Positions 59,891-64,000 of a DNA stretch of 64,000 bases are shown piece after piece (positions within the stretch are counted from its first letter, which is position 1; every line of letters begins with the position of its first letter). The notes beneath the pieces were generated by a model that worked only from the letters and a program-made list of their open reading frames with translations, did no database searches and was not told where the DNA came from. Origin of the DNA: an uncultured Candidatus Rokubacteria bacterium (GTDB taxonomy: Bacteria > Methylomirabilota > Methylomirabilia > Rokubacteriales > CSP1-6); the NCBI GenBank assembly GCA_963771355.1, contig CAVYTA010000006.1, positions 2,592,001 through 2,656,000 of the forward strand. The letters are read 5' to 3'. Made by a program: the position numbers and the translations under genes.

Positions 59891-60544
59891 GTGGATCTGG
59901 CGACGGTCGCGAAGCTGCTCACGACGACGCGCACGGTGCGGCGGCGGCTCGACCTCTCCCGCCCGGTCACGCGGGACGTGATCCAGGAATGCATCGAGAT
60001 CGCGGTTCAGGCTCCGACCGCCGGCAACTCCCAACGCTGGCATTTCGTGGTGGTGACGGATCCCGCGAAGCGCGCCGCCATCGCCGACGTCTATCGTCGG
60101 GCGCGGGCCCGGTACCACGCCAAGCCCCCCGCTTTCCTGCCGGGGAGCTTGCCGCCCGACGAGCAGCGCGCCAAGGACCGCATGCGGCGATCCGGCGACC
60201 ATCTCGCCCAACATCTGCAGGATGTCCCGGTGCTGATACTGCCGTGCATCGAAGGCCGCGTCGAGCACGCGTCCGTTTTCGACCAGGCGACGCTCTACGG
60301 CTCCATTCTGCCCGCTGCGTGGTCCTTGATACTCGCGCTACGCTCCCGGGGGCTCGGCGCGGCCTGGACGACGGACCACCTCCTCTTCGAGGAGGACGTG
60401 CGGGCCGTGCTCGGGATCCCTACCGGGGTCACTCAAGCCGCGCTCCTGGCCGTTGCGTTCTTCACCGGCGCCGATTTCCTGCCGGCCGCCCGCCGTCCGG
60501 CGCGGGAGGTGACGCACTGGGAGGCGTGGGGAGGGCACACCTGA
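59891..60544 (+). CDS. Nitroreductase family protein
   Basis: TTRTVRRRL, APTAGNSQRWHFVVV, RSRGLGAAWT. Confidence 0.9.
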   Translation: MDLATVAKLLTTTRTVRRRLDLSRPVTRDVIQECIEIAVQAPTAGNSQRWHFVVVTDPAKRAAIADVYRRARARYHAKPPAFLPGSLPPDEQRAKDRMRRSGDHLAQHLQDVPVLILPCIEGRVEHASVFDQATLYGSILPAAWSLILALRSRGLGAAWTTDHLLFEEDVRAVLGIPTGVTQAALLAVAFFTGADFLPAARRPAREVTHWEAWGGHT

Positions 60545-60567
60545 CGGTGTAGGATACCGCTGTCGCC

Positions 60568-61013
60568 TCAAGGCATGACGCTCCCTCGGGCGAGGGCGAG
60601 GCCGCACCGGAAGATGATCGCCACGCCGATGCCGAACACCAAGTGAAAGCCGACCTCGATCGGCACCATCTTGAGATGGAAGCCGCCGCCGACGCCGGCC
60701 CCCTTCAGCGGCAGTACGACGAACCAGTACACGAGCAGGGGGGCGATGCCGAAGACGAGCCCGCCCACCCACCATCCGAAGTGAGCCGTGAGCCGCGGCT
60801 CGAGCAGGGCGTAGACCAGTCCCCAGAGCCCGGCCCAGAACGCGTACGACAGGCTCTGCGGCACGCCGAGGGGCGGCACCGGCGCGAGGCTCCAGGGCAG
60901 GGCCGGTATCAGATGCGCGACGTAGAGAATCGCGCCGAATCCGCCCTGGAAGATCAGGTGCGAGAGGGCCCCGGCGAGGAAGCCGAGGAAGAGGCGCGTC
61001 GGGTCGTAGACAT
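60568..61013 (-). CDS. Hypothetical membrane protein; -1 frameshift near 61001
   Basis: AAAGGA RBS plus ATG at 61013; body TRLFLGFLAGALSHLIFQGG...VPPLGVPQSLSYAFWAGLWG is one base out of frame. Confidence 0.7.
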
Positions 61014-61140
61014 GTGGGAGTCCTTTCTGTGATGGGCCAGTGGCCGACGTGCAGGATTTCCCGGTGATGAAGGGGGCGGATTCGAGGAAGAGCGATAAGG
61101 ACGTAGACGCCCTCCTGCACGAAGCGTTTCGCCGTTGCCC

Positions 61141-62025
61141 TCACCGCGCCGCGAGCGCCACGTGAATCCGGGTCGGGATACCTGGCTTCGCGGTGAACTG
61201 CGCGGTGAATGGTTGAGCCGGCGGCGACGCGATCGCGAGTGTGTGCGGGCCTGCGGCGACCACGACAACTTGCCCGGCCAGCTGACCCGCCGTACCGAGA
61301 AACTGACCATCGAGGAAGACCTGGGCATCCTCGGGCGCGGCCTCGACGATGAGAAGGGCCGAGTCAACCGGCGCGCAGGACTCCACCCAGCTCACGCCGA
61401 GGTCACAAGGCGACCCAAGCAGAAGGGTGGTTCGCTGGGCACCCTCGACGAAGCCAAGCACCATCCGACCACGATGCCGGGAGACCGGAAACGGTTTCGC
61501 CACGATCACCTTCGGCCTGAATGGCTTCAAGGCGATGGTTGGGTTGACATCTACGGTTCTCGGTCCCACGGAGCCTGAACCACTGGTGTCGCTGACGATG
61601 AGAACCTTTGGTCCGGCAGACTGAGGAACAGGGTGAGGGCGGGCTGCCGTCGTGCTCCCCGTTGCTTCGTGAGCCCTTGCCCCAGCGGACGAATCGATGA
61701 CGACCGTCCTCGGCTCCACCGGCCGGATACCCGCCGACCGAATGGCCGGGGCTATTTCGCCTCGGCCGCCAAGTTCGGGCACGACGGACGCCGCTGCGGT
61801 CCCTGGCGCCAGGGTAACCCCATGGCGTGGAAACGTTAACCCAGGGGCGGCCGGCGGCGGTCTCATTGCGGGCATGCCCATACGCAGTGACGGACTTCCG
61901 CCCAAGCCGCCGACACTCCCACCTGGACCCCGCCCGTGCATGGCGCCCCCCGCAAGGGCAGGTATGCCGCTCATGACGGCGAAGCCGAGACTGATCAGAA
62001 CTACGAGCCAACGCTTCATCGGCAT
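61141..62025 (-). CDS. Exported PEGA-domain protein with Gly/Pro-rich linker
   Basis: Signal peptide ALA-GG; C-terminal LIVEAAPEDAQVFLDGQFLG...GPHTL. Confidence 0.7.
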   Translation of the reverse strand: MPMKRWLVVLISLGFAVMSGIPALAGGAMHGRGPGGSVGGLGGSPSLRMGMPAMRPPPAAPGLTFPRHGVTLAPGTAAASVVPELGGRGEIAPAIRSAGIRPVEPRTVVIDSSAGARAHEATGSTTAARPHPVPQSAGPKVLIVSDTSGSGSVGPRTVDVNPTIALKPFRPKVIVAKPFPVSRHRGRMVLGFVEGAQRTTLLLGSPCDLGVSWVESCAPVDSALLIVEAAPEDAQVFLDGQFLGTAGQLAGQVVVVAAGPHTLAIASPPAQPFTAQFTAKPGIPTRIHVALAAR

Positions 62026-62156
62026 CTCTCAATGTACTCTCGCTGCCCGCCGTTTGGCCCTAGCCAATTACAGTTGTAATTCCACCCTCCACAAGTCACG
62101 GCGGCGATTGCTGACTGACTTTCGGCATCCGTATGAATCGGATCGAGGGGCATCCA

Positions 62157-63203
62157 CTAGTAACCGATTCTTTCCCAGAGTTTCACGAGCTCCGGGCTGC
62201 TCCGGCGGCCGTACACCCTAGCCGCTGCCTCGGTCCGATTCGTGAAGACGCCGTCGGCGCCGGTTAGCCACACCGCCCACATTTCCCAGGGGTGGTCGAT
62301 CGTCCAGGGATGAACAAATAGCCCGGCCTTGTGTGCTTGGCCGGTATACCAGGGCCACGTCATCACATACCGCGCCGGCGCGTTCTTGATCGACCAGTCA
62401 CGACCGTAGGCCCACCGGTATCCCCAGGTGCCGATCCCCATCCCGACCTGCGCGGCCTCTTTGAGGACTGCGTCCCAGCCGTGTTTGGCGATCATGACTT
62501 CGTCAATCAAGAGGAGCCGGGGCACCTGTGGAGCCAACTCTTTGAATCGGGCCAGGCTGTCCGGCTCGAAAGACTGGAAAATGACCGGCGCGCCGGCTCC
62601 TGAACCGGCATGGCTGATCCAGCCGCGACGTGTGAGAGCCTCCACCAACTGCCGCTCAATGCCGGCAAACCGATACGCGGCCTTCGTCTCGATGTAAATC
62701 CCGGACCGATGCCCGCCGGACTCGGCGATGTCGAGCAGGTCCTCCAGTCGGAGAATGCGTAGACCGCGAAACGATCCGCGGGCCCGATCAGGAAACGCGG
62801 CATTGAACCACGCGCCCGCATCCAACTGCTGCAGCTCGGCGAACGTAAAGGTGTCGAGCGTGTCCTTGACGCGACCGGGAAAGATCTCTCTCACATTGGT
62901 GGTGCGAGACAGATCGTCATCGTGGAGGGCGATCAGCACGCCGTCCTTGGTACGCTGGATGTCGAACTCCAGATAGTCGGCACCCAACTCCCGAGCCATC
63001 AGGAACGCAGGTCGCGTTTCTTCGGGAGCCAGATAGGAAGCGCCTCGGTGGGCGATGATCGCCGGACGAGGAATCCCGAGCGCCCCGGCCACTGTCTTGC
63101 CGCGAGTCGGCTCACCCAGGAAATAGCACCACACCAGTACTCCACTGAGCAGGAGCACCGTTGCGGCAAACCCTAGGACAACGACCTTCACTCTGAAAGA
63201 CAT
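62157..63203 (-). CDS. Glycerophosphodiester phosphodiesterase (GlpQ/UgpQ family), N-terminally anchored
   Basis: IAHRGAS...PEET, LEFDIQRTKDG..IALHD, YIETK, QSF, HPWT, GVFTN. Confidence 0.92.
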   Translation of the reverse strand: MSFRVKVVVLGFAATVLLLSGVLVWCYFLGEPTRGKTVAGALGIPRPAIIAHRGASYLAPEETRPAFLMARELGADYLEFDIQRTKDGVLIALHDDDLSRTTNVREIFPGRVKDTLDTFTFAELQQLDAGAWFNAAFPDRARGSFRGLRILRLEDLLDIAESGGHRSGIYIETKAAYRFAGIERQLVEALTRRGWISHAGSGAGAPVIFQSFEPDSLARFKELAPQVPRLLLIDEVMIAKHGWDAVLKEAAQVGMGIGTWGYRWAYGRDWSIKNAPARYVMTWPWYTGQAHKAGLFVHPWTIDHPWEMWAVWLTGADGVFTNRTEAAARVYGRRSSPELVKLWERIGY

Positions 63204-63231
63204 GGATGAGCACCAAGTAGAGGAAAGGAAA

Positions 63232-63307
63232 TGGTGGGCTGGGACGGGATTGAACCGCCGACACCAGGATTTTCAGTCCTGTGCTCTACCAACTGAGCTA
63301 CCAGCCC
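63232..63307 (-). tRNA. tRNA-Phe (GAA)
   Basis: 76 nt: GGGCTGG acceptor stem, TAGCTCAGTTGGTAGAGC D-arm, CTGAAAA anticodon loop, GGTTCAATCC T-arm, encoded CCA. Confidence 0.97.
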
Positions 63308-63380
63308 ACCACGGAATTGTGAGGGTATCAAAGGCGGGTCGGAGTGTCCAGGAACGCGGGCTCCTGGCATAATCGGGAGC

Positions 63381-64000
63381 ATGACGACCGACCTGGAGCT
63401 CCAGCAATATCTGGCGCCCGCGGAGTACGTGGACAGCGCCGCGGCGAACGTGACGGCCTTCGCCCGCGAGGCTGCCGGCGACGCCACCGATCCCCTCACC
63501 CGCGCGGTGCGCCTCTACTACGCGGTGCGGGACGAGATCGTCTACACGCCCTACTGCGACTTCACCGACGTGGAGACCTTCCGCGCCAGCGCCTGCTTGA
63601 GCCGCCGCGCCGGGTTCTGCGTCGGCAAGGCCTCGCTCCTCACCGCGGCTGCGCGGGCCGCCGGCATTCCGGCACGGATCGGCTTCGCGGACGTGCGCAA
63701 CCACCTCTGCACGCCGCGGCTCCGCGCCTTGATGGGCACCGACACCTTCGTCTACCACGGCTACACGGATCTCTTTCTCGAGGGGCGCTGGGTCAAGGCC
63801 ACCCCGGCCTTCGATCGCGGCCTCTGCGAGAAGTTCGGGGTGCGGGCGCTCGAGTTCGACGGCCGCGCGGATTCGCTCTTCCAGCCCCACGACGTGGCCG
63901 GGCGGCGCCACATGGAGTATCTGCAGGATCGCGGGACGCGGGTGGACGTGCCGGTGGCGGAGATCATGGCCGCGTTTGCGCAGCACTATCCGGCCCTCGC
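63381..64000 (+). CDS. Transglutaminase-like domain protein, 3'-truncated by window edge
   Basis: LYYAVRDEIVY, GFCVGKASLL, GIPARIGFADVRNHL, HGY, WVKATPAFD (absent from the ORF track because no stop codon is in the window). Confidence 0.88.
   Translation, partial: MTTDLELQQYLAPAEYVDSAAANVTAFAREAAGDATDPLTRAVRLYYAVRDEIVYTPYCDFTDVETFRASACLSRRAGFCVGKASLLTAAARAAGIPARIGFADVRNHLCTPRLRALMGTDTFVYHGYTDLFLEGRWVKATPAFDRGLCEKFGVRALEFDGRADSLFQPHDVAGRRHMEYLQDRGTRVDVPVAEIMAAFAQHYPAL

Noticed and set aside
63188..63499. 103-aa minus-strand ORF
   Set aside because: It is a translation across the tRNA-Phe gene and the antisense of the transglutaminase-like gene
1..64000. CRISPR array, transposase, integrase, prophage or defence system
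   Set aside because: No regularly spaced repeats or matching protein motifs were seen; no att duplication of tRNA-Phe was noticed

Overview
This is a very GC-rich, gene-dense bacterial chromosomal window. Its style (many ABC importers, amidases, SDRs, a molybdoenzyme) resembles Rokubacteria/Methylomirabilota-like soil genomes; that is an inference, as no marker gene is present. It carries about 66 CDS/pseudogene loci and one tRNA-Phe(GAA). Uptake and catabolism dominate. There are five peptide/nickel-type ABC cassettes, and only one of them has its own ATPases in view. There are also one polyamine-type and one Liv/Urt amide-type ABC system, many C-N hydrolases (two amidases, a nitrilase-family enzyme, an amidohydrolase, a PuuE-like deacetylase, two M20, one M24, a DUF917 protein), a xanthine-dehydrogenase-family three-subunit molybdoenzyme and an E. 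coli-type frdABCD operon. I found no transcription factor, integrase, transposase or CRISPR array. The 26.8-32.5 kb segment has about 15 single-base indels, most likely long-read errors. Two deletion scars flank frd (39.1-39.6 kb and 44.0-44.3 kb). The best novelty candidates are: two gapless 149-aa dirigent/AOC-like orphan paralogs; a Zn-ADH with a remodelled catalytic Zn site; an M24+M20 hydrolase pair that has lost canonical metal ligands and sits with its own importer; and a DUF917-importer-peptidase-nitroreductase operon. All functional calls come from motif recognition by eye; no database searches were run.
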